Program-made: the position numbers and the translations under genes
The notes under the pieces: model-generated
The model's input: only the letters and a program-made list of their open reading frames with translations
Told to the model about the DNA's origin: nothing
The model's database searches: none
Assembly (NCBI GenBank): GCA_964442325.1
Contig: CAYTYX010000002.1
Coordinates: 16,108 to 64,153, forward strand
Source: an uncultured Candidatus Saccharibacteria bacterium
GTDB lineage: Bacteria > Patescibacteriota > Saccharimonadia > Saccharimonadales > UBA10212
DNA length: 48,046 nucleotides
Reading direction: 5' to 3'
Shown: positions 26,418-35,797 of the stretch, one piece after another
Layout of the letters: the number at the start of each line of letters is the position of its first letter
Numbering within the stretch: position 1 is the first letter of the stretch

Positions 26418-27428
26418 TTAGCCCTCTGCGTAGGAGTTGACGTCGTGGTGTTTGTCGCCGTTTTCTAAGTATTCGCGGATCATCAGTGCGGCGGTGGCAC
26501 CTTCGCCGGTAGCACTGGCAATTTGCATAGTGGCGCCGCTTCTAACATCACCAGCTACAAAAATGCCCGGGACGCTGGTCATTAGCCGCCCGTCGCTTTT
26601 AATAAAGTTGCGCTCGTCTAAATCGACTCCACTGCCTTTCAAAAAGGCCGTGTTAGGATCGAGCCCAACAAACACAAATACGCCGTCGGTTGGGTAATCT
26701 ACCTTTTGGCCGGTAGTTTTGTCGGTAGCTATCACTTTTGTGACCTTGCTGGCTTCGCCAACAATCTCGTCGGTGCTGGTATTAAAGTGCACCGTGATTT
26801 TACTTTTGTGTTTATCGAGTTCGTGCTGCAACACCTCACTGGCCCGAAACTGCGGACCGCGGACTAATAAATCAATATGGGTAGCAAATTTGGTTAAAAA
26901 CATCGATTCCTGCACGGCAGAGTTGCCACCGCCGACTACCACCAGTTTTTTATCGCGGTAAAAAGCGCCGTCGCAGGTGGCGCAGTAATGGACGCCGCGG
27001 GCATAGTATTCGGTCTCGCCCGGCACGTTGATTTTGCGGTACTCGCTGCCGGTTGCAATTAATACGGCCCGCGAGTAAACGTCGCCTTCGGTGGTAGTTA
27101 ATTTTTTGAGCTTGCCTTCGGTGCTCAAGCCAGTCACTTCGCCCAGCTCAATCTTGGCGCCAAAGCGTTCGGCCTGACCGCGCATTGCCTCGCTTAAATC
27201 GAGCCCAGCCACACCGTCGGTGAAGCCAGGGTAGTTATCGACCCAGTCAGTTACGGCCGCCAAGCCGCCAATAGCGCCTTTTTCAAATAAAACCGTGCCG
27301 ATATCTTCGCGGCAAGTGTAAATCGCGGCGCTCAAAGCGGCCGGGCCGGCGCCAATTATTATCAAGTCGTGCGGTAGCTCGCGGCTGCCCGATGCGGCTG
27401 CAGCCGGTTTTTTATCATCCATTACCAT
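26418..27428 (-). CDS. trxB: Thioredoxin-disulfide reductase
   Basis: GAGPAALSAAIY (FAD), redox-active CATCDG, GGGNSAVQE (NADPH). 336 aa. Confidence 0.9.
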   Translation of the reverse strand: MVMDDKKPAAAASGSRELPHDLIIIGAGPAALSAAIYTCREDIGTVLFEKGAIGGLAAVTDWVDNYPGFTDGVAGLDLSEAMRGQAERFGAKIELGEVTGLSTEGKLKKLTTTEGDVYSRAVLIATGSEYRKINVPGETEYYARGVHYCATCDGAFYRDKKLVVVGGGNSAVQESMFLTKFATHIDLLVRGPQFRASEVLQHELDKHKSKITVHFNTSTDEIVGEASKVTKVIATDKTTGQKVDYPTDGVFVFVGLDPNTAFLKGSGVDLDERNFIKSDGRLMTSVPGIFVAGDVRSGATMQIASATGEGATAALMIREYLENGDKHHDVNSYAEG

Positions 27429-27433
27429 CTATT

Positions 27434-27682
27434 CTAAACTAAAGCCGGGGCAAGGCGCTGCAAATTATAACCAACGACAATATCGCGCTGGCCGTCAGCC
27501 TTATCTATAACTGTAATAGGTACCGTTAGCGAACCGCTAATTTCAAAAGCTTCTTGTTGGCGTTCGGGCATTTCTTCAATGTTCACTACTTCGTATTTCA
27601 GCTTCTTGCTATCTAGATAGCGCTTTACCATAGCGCAGTAACTGCAGCGATTGGTCGTAAAAATAGTGATATTACTCGGCAT
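27434..27682 (-). CDS. Glutaredoxin/NrdH-like small redoxin
   Basis: 82 aa. CSYC active site at the N-terminus of a thioredoxin-fold-sized protein. Directly upstream of trxB. Confidence 0.75.
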   Translation of the reverse strand: MPSNITIFTTNRCSYCAMVKRYLDSKKLKYEVVNIEEMPERQQEAFEISGSLTVPITVIDKADGQRDIVVGYNLQRLAPALV

Positions 27683-27809
27683 CGGTTTACCCTCTTTTTG
27701 ATTGTTTATTTGGTTTTTAGCGAACCTACTTTGTAGTTTAAGCTTGTGTTTAAGTCACGTCAATACGCTATATATTGTGGAATTAGCATCAAGCGTACCA
27801 CAATGGCCG

Positions 27810-28352
27810 TTATTTAAGGTTAATTAGTTGAATGTCAAAAACTAGGTCCGAATTGGCCGGGATGGCGCCGGCAGCTTGGGCGCCGTAGCCTAGCCCTGCA
27901 GGAATAAATAAGCGGCGAATACCACCAATTTTCATACCCTGTACGCCAAGCTGCCAACCGGGTATTACCTGGCCCAGGCCGATAGTAAGCGCCTGGCCCC
28001 CGTCGAACGAGTCGTCGAATATCTGACCGGTGGAGGCTAGCGCGCCCACGTAATTTACAGTTACCGTCGAACTGGTTGTGGCAGTAGCGCCACTGCCAAT
28101 TTTATAGTCAATGCAGGCAATTGAGCTGATTTTTTGCGGCGGGCTAAAGTCTGCCAGCTTAGCGCCTTTAACTTTGCCGTCTTTGCCGGGTTGTTGATTG
28201 GGCACGCTGCCACCTTGGCTGCAAGGTAAGCCAATGTCTTGAGAGCTGTTGCTATTATGATTTTGGACAATTGCTAGTATGCCAAAAGTAAGCGAAGTTA
28301 GTAAGAACAAAATGGCCATTGATCCCCAGCCAAAGCGGCTTAGTTTGCTCAT
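27810..28352 (-). CDS. Membrane-anchored FKBP-type peptidyl-prolyl cis-trans isomerase
   Basis: N-terminal TM helix. C-terminal FKBP core VNYVGAL..GQIFDDSF...GQVIPGWQLGVQGMKIGGIRRLFIPAGLGYG. 4-nt overlap with the pheT stop. Confidence 0.85.
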   Translation of the reverse strand: MSKLSRFGWGSMAILFLLTSLTFGILAIVQNHNSNSSQDIGLPCSQGGSVPNQQPGKDGKVKGAKLADFSPPQKISSIACIDYKIGSGATATTSSTVTVNYVGALASTGQIFDDSFDGGQALTIGLGQVIPGWQLGVQGMKIGGIRRLFIPAGLGYGAQAAGAIPANSDLVFDIQLINLK

Positions 28353-30826
28353 ATCCGCTCAGCCTTCAACTCTTTTTTAGCCAGAAGAGCTAGCTCGTCG
28401 AGCAACTGGTTGGTTTCCTGAGTGGTCAGGGTGCGGTCAGGGTGGAATAAAGTGATGTGCCAGGTGGTTTGTTTGGTAGTTGTATCATCTTTGCGCTGAA
28501 AAATATCCACCGGCTGGATTGTATAAGTTGTGCCGTAGTGGGCGGCCAGTTTGCCTAAGTTAGCTTCAATGAATCCGGCCAATTCTTCGTAAGTCATTTT
28601 TGCTGGTGCCCGCAAACAAAAATCCTGCTCAACTTCCGGAAAGCGGTTAATCGGCTGATAGACTTGGTGTGAACGGTTTGCAATATCTAGGTGTACTTCG
28701 AAGCCACTTGCAAAAACGGGTAGTTTTAGCGCTTGGCGCACACTTGAATTAAACTCCCCAACCACTCCCCAAATTTGAGCGTCTACCACAATAACAGCTG
28801 AACGGGTTGGTTCATATGATGAAGTGAGCTGCCTGCCCCACTCGTCTTTGCTTAGATCAAATTCGTTTAGTGGAACTAGCTTGAACGACTGCAAGTCCAC
28901 TATCTCGCTAAGGTAACGCTTAGCGTAATAATACGGGGAGCCTGGGGGTTGGTGCTTGCTGTCATAGGCCACCACCAGGGCAATGTGGTTATCCTCGTTC
29001 GGGATTTTAGGTTCGTTGACGTCCATTTCTCCAACGTAGTGAACCCTATTAATTTCGAAGATAGCTAGTTCGCCAAATCCTGCTCTGATATTTTGGTTAA
29101 CCTTCTCTAGGAGGCTAGGCATTAAACTTAATCGGTAATACTGTAGGTCTGGGCTTAGCGCATTGGCAATTTTATAGGCATGTTTTGGATCTTGGCCAAC
29201 CTTGAGCAGTAAGCTTTCTGGCACAAAGCTATAGGTTAGGGCTTCGTTGCCGCCAGCCCTAGACAAGGTGTTTCGTAGTTTGTTTTTGAGTTCAATACTT
29301 GAATTAAGTCTGACAGGTGCAATGTCGCGCTTTGGTAATGCCAGCGGCAAGTGCTCATAGCCGTACAAACGGCCGACTTCCTCTACCACGTCTTCGGCAA
29401 TGGCGATATCGGTTCGCCAAAATGGCGGCTCAACGTTTAGCTCGTCGCTGCTGCCGCCTAGCCCAAACTCAACATTGCTAAGCAGTCGCTTCATCTCTAC
29501 CGCCGATAGCTTAAGCCCCAGCCGGGAATTAATAAAGTTGGAGTTAGTCTTAACGACCGAGGGTTTAGCGGAAAGCGATTGCTCGTCTTGGACTTTACCA
29601 ATCGTACCACCGGCTAGCTGATGGATAAGCTCGGCTGTTCGGGCTAGCACCGTCATATTTTGGAGGGGGCTTTGATTTTTAGTAAAGCGCGTCGCGGCCT
29701 CAGTAAATAGGCCAAGCTCGTAAGCCGTCTTGCGGGTTGCACCGGCATCAAACGCCGCGCATTCCAAAATTATATTCTTGGTATCGGCGCCAACTTCGGT
29801 TGTGGCACCGCCCATCACGCCACCCAAGCCGATTGGTTTTTGGCCGTCAGTAATCACTACCACACCGGCCTTCAGCTTGATGGTCTTTCCGCCCAGTAGC
29901 TCTAGACTCTCTCCGGCTTTTGATAATCTGATTCCTAAAGTCCCGCTGGTAACTTTGTCGTAATCGTAGGCGTGCAGCGGTTGGGCGCTAAGCAGCATCA
30001 TATAGTTAGTCAAATCTACTAAGTTATTAATCGGCTTAACGCCGAGTTTGGCCAAAGCAGCTTGCAGCCAAACCGGGCTAGGTTTAACTTCCACATTCTC
30101 GATTACAACCGCGCTAAAGCGCGGCACTAGTTTTGGCAACTGGTTTTTAACTTCCAGTTTTAAGCTGCTGCGACCGCTAGCCAGTTTAACGTCCGGTTTG
30201 TACCAACCGGGGCTCACAATTTTTTTGTGAGTGATACCGGCAACTTCGCGGGCCACGCCCAGCTGGCCAAAGCAGTCCGGTCGGTGGGTAAACATTTTAT
30301 TTTCGATATCTATAATTTGGTCGTCCAGTTCATAAGTCTTAGCAAAATCCGCGCCGGCCTTGGCGCTGCCATCTAGTTCTAGTAAGCCCTCGTGGCCATC
30401 GCCAATGGCTAGTTCTTTAGCGCTGGCCAACATGCCGCTACTCATTACACCGCGTAGTTCTTTGGCTTCAATCACAAACGGGTCTTTGCTAAAAGTACTC
30501 GGCACGGTTGCGCCGGGCGGAATCCAGGCCACCAGCATCCCAGCGCGAACGTTGGGAGCACCACAAACTACTTGCACCAGACTCTGCGCGTCACGCTTTA
30601 CACCTTTAACCACGCCCTTATCGTCTACCTTGCATACGCGTAATTTGTCGGCATCTGGGTGCTTAATGCATTCGACGACCTTAACAATCGTAATTCCCTG
30701 GTAAGCAGCCCCGATAGCCTCCACAGAATCAACCGCGCCCAAGCGCAAGCCAATTTTATCTAGCAGTTCATCGTCTTTAAGAGCAACACCGCTTAATTCT
30801 CTTATCCAATTCAGACTGACTTTCAT
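28349..30826 (-). CDS. pheT: Phenylalanine-tRNA ligase beta subunit
   Basis: 825 aa. N-terminal tRNA-binding OB domain, B3/B4 and B5 domains, and a C-terminal anticodon-binding-like domain. Follows pheS with no gap. Confidence 0.95.
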   Translation of the reverse strand: MKVSLNWIRELSGVALKDDELLDKIGLRLGAVDSVEAIGAAYQGITIVKVVECIKHPDADKLRVCKVDDKGVVKGVKRDAQSLVQVVCGAPNVRAGMLVAWIPPGATVPSTFSKDPFVIEAKELRGVMSSGMLASAKELAIGDGHEGLLELDGSAKAGADFAKTYELDDQIIDIENKMFTHRPDCFGQLGVAREVAGITHKKIVSPGWYKPDVKLASGRSSLKLEVKNQLPKLVPRFSAVVIENVEVKPSPVWLQAALAKLGVKPINNLVDLTNYMMLLSAQPLHAYDYDKVTSGTLGIRLSKAGESLELLGGKTIKLKAGVVVITDGQKPIGLGGVMGGATTEVGADTKNIILECAAFDAGATRKTAYELGLFTEAATRFTKNQSPLQNMTVLARTAELIHQLAGGTIGKVQDEQSLSAKPSVVKTNSNFINSRLGLKLSAVEMKRLLSNVEFGLGGSSDELNVEPPFWRTDIAIAEDVVEEVGRLYGYEHLPLALPKRDIAPVRLNSSIELKNKLRNTLSRAGGNEALTYSFVPESLLLKVGQDPKHAYKIANALSPDLQYYRLSLMPSLLEKVNQNIRAGFGELAIFEINRVHYVGEMDVNEPKIPNEDNHIALVVAYDSKHQPPGSPYYYAKRYLSEIVDLQSFKLVPLNEFDLSKDEWGRQLTSSYEPTRSAVIVVDAQIWGVVGEFNSSVRQALKLPVFASGFEVHLDIANRSHQVYQPINRFPEVEQDFCLRAPAKMTYEELAGFIEANLGKLAAHYGTTYTIQPVDIFQRKDDTTTKQTTWHITLFHPDRTLTTQETNQLLDELALLAKKELKAERI

Positions 30827-31852
30827 CTAAAACTGCCTCAGGAATTTTAAGTTACCAGAGTGGAAGTAGCGCACATCTTCGATGCCGTATTTCATCATCA
30901 CCAGACGGTCAATACCACAGCCCCACGCAAAACCGGTATATTTGGCCGGGTCTATGCCAGCTTCTTTTAAGACATTGGGGTGAATCATTCCACAACCCAA
31001 TAGCTCTATCCAGCCGGCTTGGGAGCAAATATTACAGCCCTGCCCCTCGCAAAATGGACAACTGGCCGCAAATTCAAAGCTCGGTTCGGTGAACGGGAAA
31101 TAAAACGGCTGGATTTTAACCTGCAACGTTTTTTGATAGTAGGCTTCTAAGAAGCTTTTTAGGGTGGCTATTAAGTGGCCGGCGTTGATGTCCTGGCCAA
31201 CATACACGCCTTCCAGCTGATAAAAAGTGTGCTCGTGGCGAGCGTCTAAATCTTCGTTTCTAAAAACTCTATCGGGAATAATCACGGCGATTGGCTGGCC
31301 GGCTTCCAAATCTTTTTTACCGGCTTTTAGTACGCGATTTTGCATTGTGCTGGTGTGGGCTGGCGCCACCAGGCCTTCCTCGGTTACAAAGGTATCGTAC
31401 TCGGCGCGGGCCGGATGGTCAGGCGGGAAATTAAGGCTGGTAAACATATGATAATCATCGTCCAGCTCCCGTGACTCTACGGCCGCAAAGCCCATTCGTC
31501 CAAAAATTTCTACAATATTGGCTATTTCGGTAGTGAGCGGGTGCTGGCTGCCAAATTTGGCCGGCAGTAAGTCGGGTTTAGCCTCGGGCGGAGTGTTTAC
31601 GTCAAACGGCGCGGTTACATCAATTGGTTCGAGCTTTACTTTTGGCAGTGATTGCTCGCGCGCCAGTTTTTCCAACTCTGTCTTGAGGGCGTTAACTTCA
31701 CGGCCAAATTCGGCCCTAGCCTTACCAGCTGGCAAAGTTTTTAGCTGCGCGTACAGTGCCACCAGCTCCGACGCCTTTAGGGCCGCCCGCTTGTCCGGCT
31801 CCGCCACCAACCGCTTGGCTACCGCCGCAATTTCCGGATTTTTATACTCCAT
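30827..31852 (-). CDS. pheS: Phenylalanine-tRNA ligase alpha subunit
   Basis: Class II aaRS motifs (FPPDHPAR, RVFRNEDLDARHEHTFYQLEG, GFAWGCGIDRL). 341 aa. Confidence 0.95.
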   Translation of the reverse strand: MEYKNPEIAAVAKRLVAEPDKRAALKASELVALYAQLKTLPAGKARAEFGREVNALKTELEKLAREQSLPKVKLEPIDVTAPFDVNTPPEAKPDLLPAKFGSQHPLTTEIANIVEIFGRMGFAAVESRELDDDYHMFTSLNFPPDHPARAEYDTFVTEEGLVAPAHTSTMQNRVLKAGKKDLEAGQPIAVIIPDRVFRNEDLDARHEHTFYQLEGVYVGQDINAGHLIATLKSFLEAYYQKTLQVKIQPFYFPFTEPSFEFAASCPFCEGQGCNICSQAGWIELLGCGMIHPNVLKEAGIDPAKYTGFAWGCGIDRLVMMKYGIEDVRYFHSGNLKFLRQF

Positions 31853-31881
31853 AAGTTGTCAATATTATACCAGTTGTCCGC

Positions 31882-31890
31882 TGTTATACT
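31882..31890 (+). promoter_or_regulatory. Extended -10 (TGTTATACT) placed for a leaderless transcript of the glycoside hydrolase gene
   Basis: TG at 31882-83 and TATACT at 31885-90, then 7 nt, then ATG at 31898. Confidence 0.4.
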
Positions 31891-31897
31891 TAAAAGG

Positions 31898-33208
31898 ATG
31901 GATCAAGAGCTCCTATCGTCGGCCGCGGCGGTTTTAAAGCAAAATGACCGCGGTAGCTATACCGTGCCAGCTGGTGATTTATATCCGCATCAGTGGCTGT
32001 GGGACAGCTGTTTTATCGCCATCGGCCTGCGGCATCTTGATATAGAACGTGCTAAAACCGAACTAGAAAGTTTAAAACGCGGCCAGTGGAGTAACGGCAT
32101 GCTGCCCGATATGATTTTTGGCTCAAAGCGAGCAAGCCTAGATGGGCTGCTTTGGGATAGCGCCATTAGCCCATTCGCGCCCGAGCACGTTACCACCAGC
32201 GGCATCACAGACCCGCCAATGCTAGCCGAGGCGGTTATGTCTGTTGGCCAAAAGTTAAAATTGCCCGAACGCCGGACTTGGTATAAACAAATGCTGCCAA
32301 CCATAATTCATTTTCACCAGTGGTTATATCGCGAACGCGACGTCCGGCACGAAGGCCTGATTACCATAATCCACCCATACGAATCCGGTATGGACAATTC
32401 GCCGCCTTGGATTGAGGAACTAAAAGATCACGGTATACCGATATGGGTAAAAGCTGCCGAAAAACTAAAGCTTGGGAGATTGATAAAACACGTCCGGCGC
32501 GACACTCGCCACACGCCAGCCAACCAGCGGATGAGCAACGTCGAAGCGCTGGCTTTTTGGTCAGCTTTGCGCCACTTGCAGCATAAAGCCTACGACTCCA
32601 AAAAAATCTTGTCTAAACCACGACTTGATTTACAAGATCTGGCCTTTAACTGTATTTTAATCCGCGCCAACGCCTGCCTAAAGGACATCGCCAAAACCGC
32701 CGGCGTAGACTTACCCAAAGAACTGCTAGGCGATATCAAGCGCGGCGAAGAAGCCCTAGAACAGCTTTGGGACGAGCCAAGCGGCCAATACTATAGCCGG
32801 AGTTTTGCTAGTGGCGAGCTGGTTATGCAGCCAAGCATCTCGACCTTTTTAACTCTATACGCCGGAACGATTCCTAAAGAGCGGGCCGAAAAGCTGGTTG
32901 GTTTGCTAAGCAAGCGGGGTGCATATAAATCGATTTGGCCAGTGCCTAGCGTGCCGGCAAACTCCGAATATTTTGACCCGGAGCGCTATTGGCAAGGCCC
33001 GGTTTGGGTCAATATGAACTGGCTGATTATCCAGGGCTTGCGGCGCTACGGTTTCGATAAAGAAGCCGACGTGCTGCGCGATAGAACGCTGGAGCTAGTG
33101 GCCAAAAGTGGCTACCACGAATACTTCAATCCATTAGACGGGACGGGACTAGGCGCCAAAAACTTTTCTTGGACCGCCGCCCTAGCAATTGACTTACTGA
33201 AGACTTAA
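31898..33208 (+). CDS. Six-hairpin (alpha/alpha)6 glycoside hydrolase, GH63/MGH1-like
   Basis: YPHQWLWDSCFIAIG and YWQGPVWVNMNWL motifs, typical of the glucosidase/mannosylglycerate-hydrolase-like family. The ORF-track start at 31856 is a TTG only 3 nt from the divergent pheS start, so the ATG at 31898 is preferred. Confidence 0.7.
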   Translation: MDQELLSSAAAVLKQNDRGSYTVPAGDLYPHQWLWDSCFIAIGLRHLDIERAKTELESLKRGQWSNGMLPDMIFGSKRASLDGLLWDSAISPFAPEHVTTSGITDPPMLAEAVMSVGQKLKLPERRTWYKQMLPTIIHFHQWLYRERDVRHEGLITIIHPYESGMDNSPPWIEELKDHGIPIWVKAAEKLKLGRLIKHVRRDTRHTPANQRMSNVEALAFWSALRHLQHKAYDSKKILSKPRLDLQDLAFNCILIRANACLKDIAKTAGVDLPKELLGDIKRGEEALEQLWDEPSGQYYSRSFASGELVMQPSISTFLTLYAGTIPKERAEKLVGLLSKRGAYKSIWPVPSVPANSEYFDPERYWQGPVWVNMNWLIIQGLRRYGFDKEADVLRDRTLELVAKSGYHEYFNPLDGTGLGAKNFSWTAALAIDLLKT

Positions 33209-34266
33209 TCTTCGTCTAGATTGGGGCGGTCGATTAGCATCGGTTCGACAGTTGGTTCGACTTCAGCGATTTTTACTATGTCTTTATCGATTTTACCCAG
33301 CTCTTTATAGGTAGCGTTAAAGTGCCCTACGGTTGTGCCCAGCGAACTGCCCAACCGGTTCATATAGCCGCTGTGTGCCACCAGATGCTTACTGAGCTGT
33401 TCGATGTTTTTGCGAATCTTATCGGTGTCTTTTTGGATTTCTAGGCTGCGCATCCCTTGCACTATCACTTGCAACATCGCACTCAAAGTACTGGGGCCCA
33501 CAATTGTTACTTTTTTATCTTTGGCGGCATATTGCATTAGGTTACGGCCGGAAACGCCAGCCGCACCAACTTTATTAGCTAGTAAATCATAATAAATCGC
33601 TTCGCTTGGGATGAACATCAGCGCTTGGTCTAGCGTTCCCTTATTGGTGTTGATGTATTTACTGGTCTCATCAATGCGGCGTTTAAGGTCTTCTTTAAAG
33701 CTGCGTTCCAGCGCTGGGCGCTCTTCGGCTTTGGCCTCGACCAGTCGGTTGTAGTTTTCTAGACTGAATTTGCTGTCGATTGGCAGCAATCGGTCATCCA
33801 GTTTAATAACCGCGTCGACTGTTAGGCCAGGACCCATTTTATATTGTAGTTCGTAACTCCCGGGTGGCAGTAGGTTTTTGAGGATTTGGTCCAGATAGTA
33901 TTCGCCCAACACGCCGCGCTGTTTGGGATTTTGTAAAACGTTTTGCAAGGTTTTAAGCTCGGCCGCAACATCACCCACGCTTTTGTTGGTTCGGTCCAGT
34001 TCGGTAAGTTTTTGGGTGACATCGGCAATGATTTTTGCGCTGGCCGCAAACTGAGCCTGCATTTGCTTGTTGGAAGTACCAAGCTGTTCAGTCAGCTGCT
34101 TTTGCAAGCCATCTTTGAGGCTATTCATAGATTTGGTCAGCTCGGTCATATCGGCCTTAAGTAGCATTGTGGCGTCGGCGCCGCCAGCTGGTTTGTAGAG
34201 TTTCCAAAAAATAAAACCGGCTAACCCAACTACCAAAACCACCAAAACAATTACTGCCGCTATCAT
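33205..34266 (-). CDS. rmuC: DNA recombination protein RmuC
   Basis: N-terminal TM helix, long coiled coil, C-terminal RmuC nuclease-like region (MFIPSEAIYYDLL...). 353 aa. Confidence 0.85.
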   Translation of the reverse strand: MIAAVIVLVVLVVGLAGFIFWKLYKPAGGADATMLLKADMTELTKSMNSLKDGLQKQLTEQLGTSNKQMQAQFAASAKIIADVTQKLTELDRTNKSVGDVAAELKTLQNVLQNPKQRGVLGEYYLDQILKNLLPPGSYELQYKMGPGLTVDAVIKLDDRLLPIDSKFSLENYNRLVEAKAEERPALERSFKEDLKRRIDETSKYINTNKGTLDQALMFIPSEAIYYDLLANKVGAAGVSGRNLMQYAAKDKKVTIVGPSTLSAMLQVIVQGMRSLEIQKDTDKIRKNIEQLSKHLVAHSGYMNRLGSSLGTTVGHFNATYKELGKIDKDIVKIAEVEPTVEPMLIDRPNLDED

Positions 34267-34295
34267 ACCTATATTTTATCAGTCAAAGTCTAAAT

Positions 34296-35735
34296 CTAAG
34301 CAGCCATTGCCTTAGAGGCATCGACCTTGCTGTTGCGAACTACAAAGAAGGCAATTAGCGCCGCGGCAACGGCTAAGCCGGCGCCAACGTGCAAACCGCT
34401 TTGGAAGCCGTGAATTTTGGCTTGGTTAAGACCGATTTTAGAAATCAGGCTAGGCGTAAACGTTATGGCATAAACAGCCGACAGCACCGCCAACCCGATG
34501 GCGCCGCCGACTTGCTGGCTGGTATTTAAAATACCCGAGGCTAGTCCCGAAAAGTGTTTTGGCACACCGGATGTCGCTGCCAAAGTCATAGAGATAAAAC
34601 TTAGACCCATACCAAACGCCACGATTGCCAAGCCCGGGAAAACGTTATGCCAGTAATTACCGCCAACCTTCATAGTGTGGGCAATCGTATAAAGACCAAT
34701 ACTCAAAACAGCCGGGCCAGCCACTAGAAATGGCTTGTAGCCTATTTTGCCAACCGATTTAGAAACAATCGCGCTGGTTATACCGATTACAAAAGTTACC
34801 GGCAAAAATGAAACGCCAGATTTAGCCGGCCCATAGCCCAGCACGGTTTGGATATAAAGCGTCATAAAGAAAAACATCGAAAACAGCGTACAAGCAATAG
34901 CCAGCGCGGTCAGATTGCCGCCGGCCACATTGCGAATCTTAAAAATTCTAAGTGGCATAAGCGGCTGGGCAACCCGGCGTTCGTTAAATACAAATGCAGC
35001 CAGCAGTACAAATGCTGCTGCAATAAAGCCCCAAACGGTAGTAGAGTGCCAGCCATCGGCCGGCGCTTTAGACAGGCCATATACAAGGCTCATTAAACCG
35101 GCTGTGGCTGTAGCGGCGCCGGTTAAATCGAGTTTGAGTTTCTTGTTCTCTTCGCCAATATGTTTTGGCAAAAGATAAAACGACGCGAAGACTACCAAAA
35201 TACCAACCGGCACATTTACAAAGAAGTTCCAGCGCCAGTTAAGATATTGAGTCAGTATGCCACCCAGCAATACGCCAACTGCCGAGCCGCCGGCTGCAAC
35301 CGCTGCCCACACACCAAGTGCGGTATTACGCTCTTTACCCTCTCTAAATTCGGTCAAAACAATCGATAGCGCCGCCGGCGACATAAACGCGCCGGCCAAC
35401 CCTTGAAAAGCTCGTGCAATAATCACCTGAGTATCTGTAGCCGCTAGTCCGGTGAGTAGGGACATCAGAGCAAACATAGAAACGGCGACTATAAAAATTC
35501 GGCGGCGACCGTAAAGGTCGGCGGCACGTCCACCAAGTAGTAAGAATCCACCAAACGTTAAAGTGTAGGCCGTAATCACCCACTGTAAGTTACTGGCGGC
35601 AAAGTGAAGTTCGCGGGCCATCGAAGGCAGCGCCACATTAACTACAGTCACGTCTAAAACCACCATAAACTGCGCCATTGCTAGCAGCGCTAGGACGACC
35701 CATTTATTGCTGGCGTGCTTCGAGATTGCCCTCAT
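34296..35735 (-). CDS. MFS transporter, DHA2 (EmrB/QacA-like, 14-TM) family
   Basis: LAMAQFMVVLDVTVVNVALP and GGRAADLYGRRR motifs with about 14 hydrophobic segments. The start is taken at M24 (35735) because the ORF-track start at 35804 would overlap the divergent ndh gene. Confidence 0.85.
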   Translation of the reverse strand: MRAISKHASNKWVVLALLAMAQFMVVLDVTVVNVALPSMARELHFAASNLQWVITAYTLTFGGFLLLGGRAADLYGRRRIFIVAVSMFALMSLLTGLAATDTQVIIARAFQGLAGAFMSPAALSIVLTEFREGKERNTALGVWAAVAAGGSAVGVLLGGILTQYLNWRWNFFVNVPVGILVVFASFYLLPKHIGEENKKLKLDLTGAATATAGLMSLVYGLSKAPADGWHSTTVWGFIAAAFVLLAAFVFNERRVAQPLMPLRIFKIRNVAGGNLTALAIACTLFSMFFFMTLYIQTVLGYGPAKSGVSFLPVTFVIGITSAIVSKSVGKIGYKPFLVAGPAVLSIGLYTIAHTMKVGGNYWHNVFPGLAIVAFGMGLSFISMTLAATSGVPKHFSGLASGILNTSQQVGGAIGLAVLSAVYAITFTPSLISKIGLNQAKIHGFQSGLHVGAGLAVAAALIAFFVVRNSKVDASKAMAA

Positions 35736-35797
35736 GATACTCGAGCTATTATACCCAAGTTGCTTATGCGAGCAAGTGCAATTTATACTTAAAGCAA

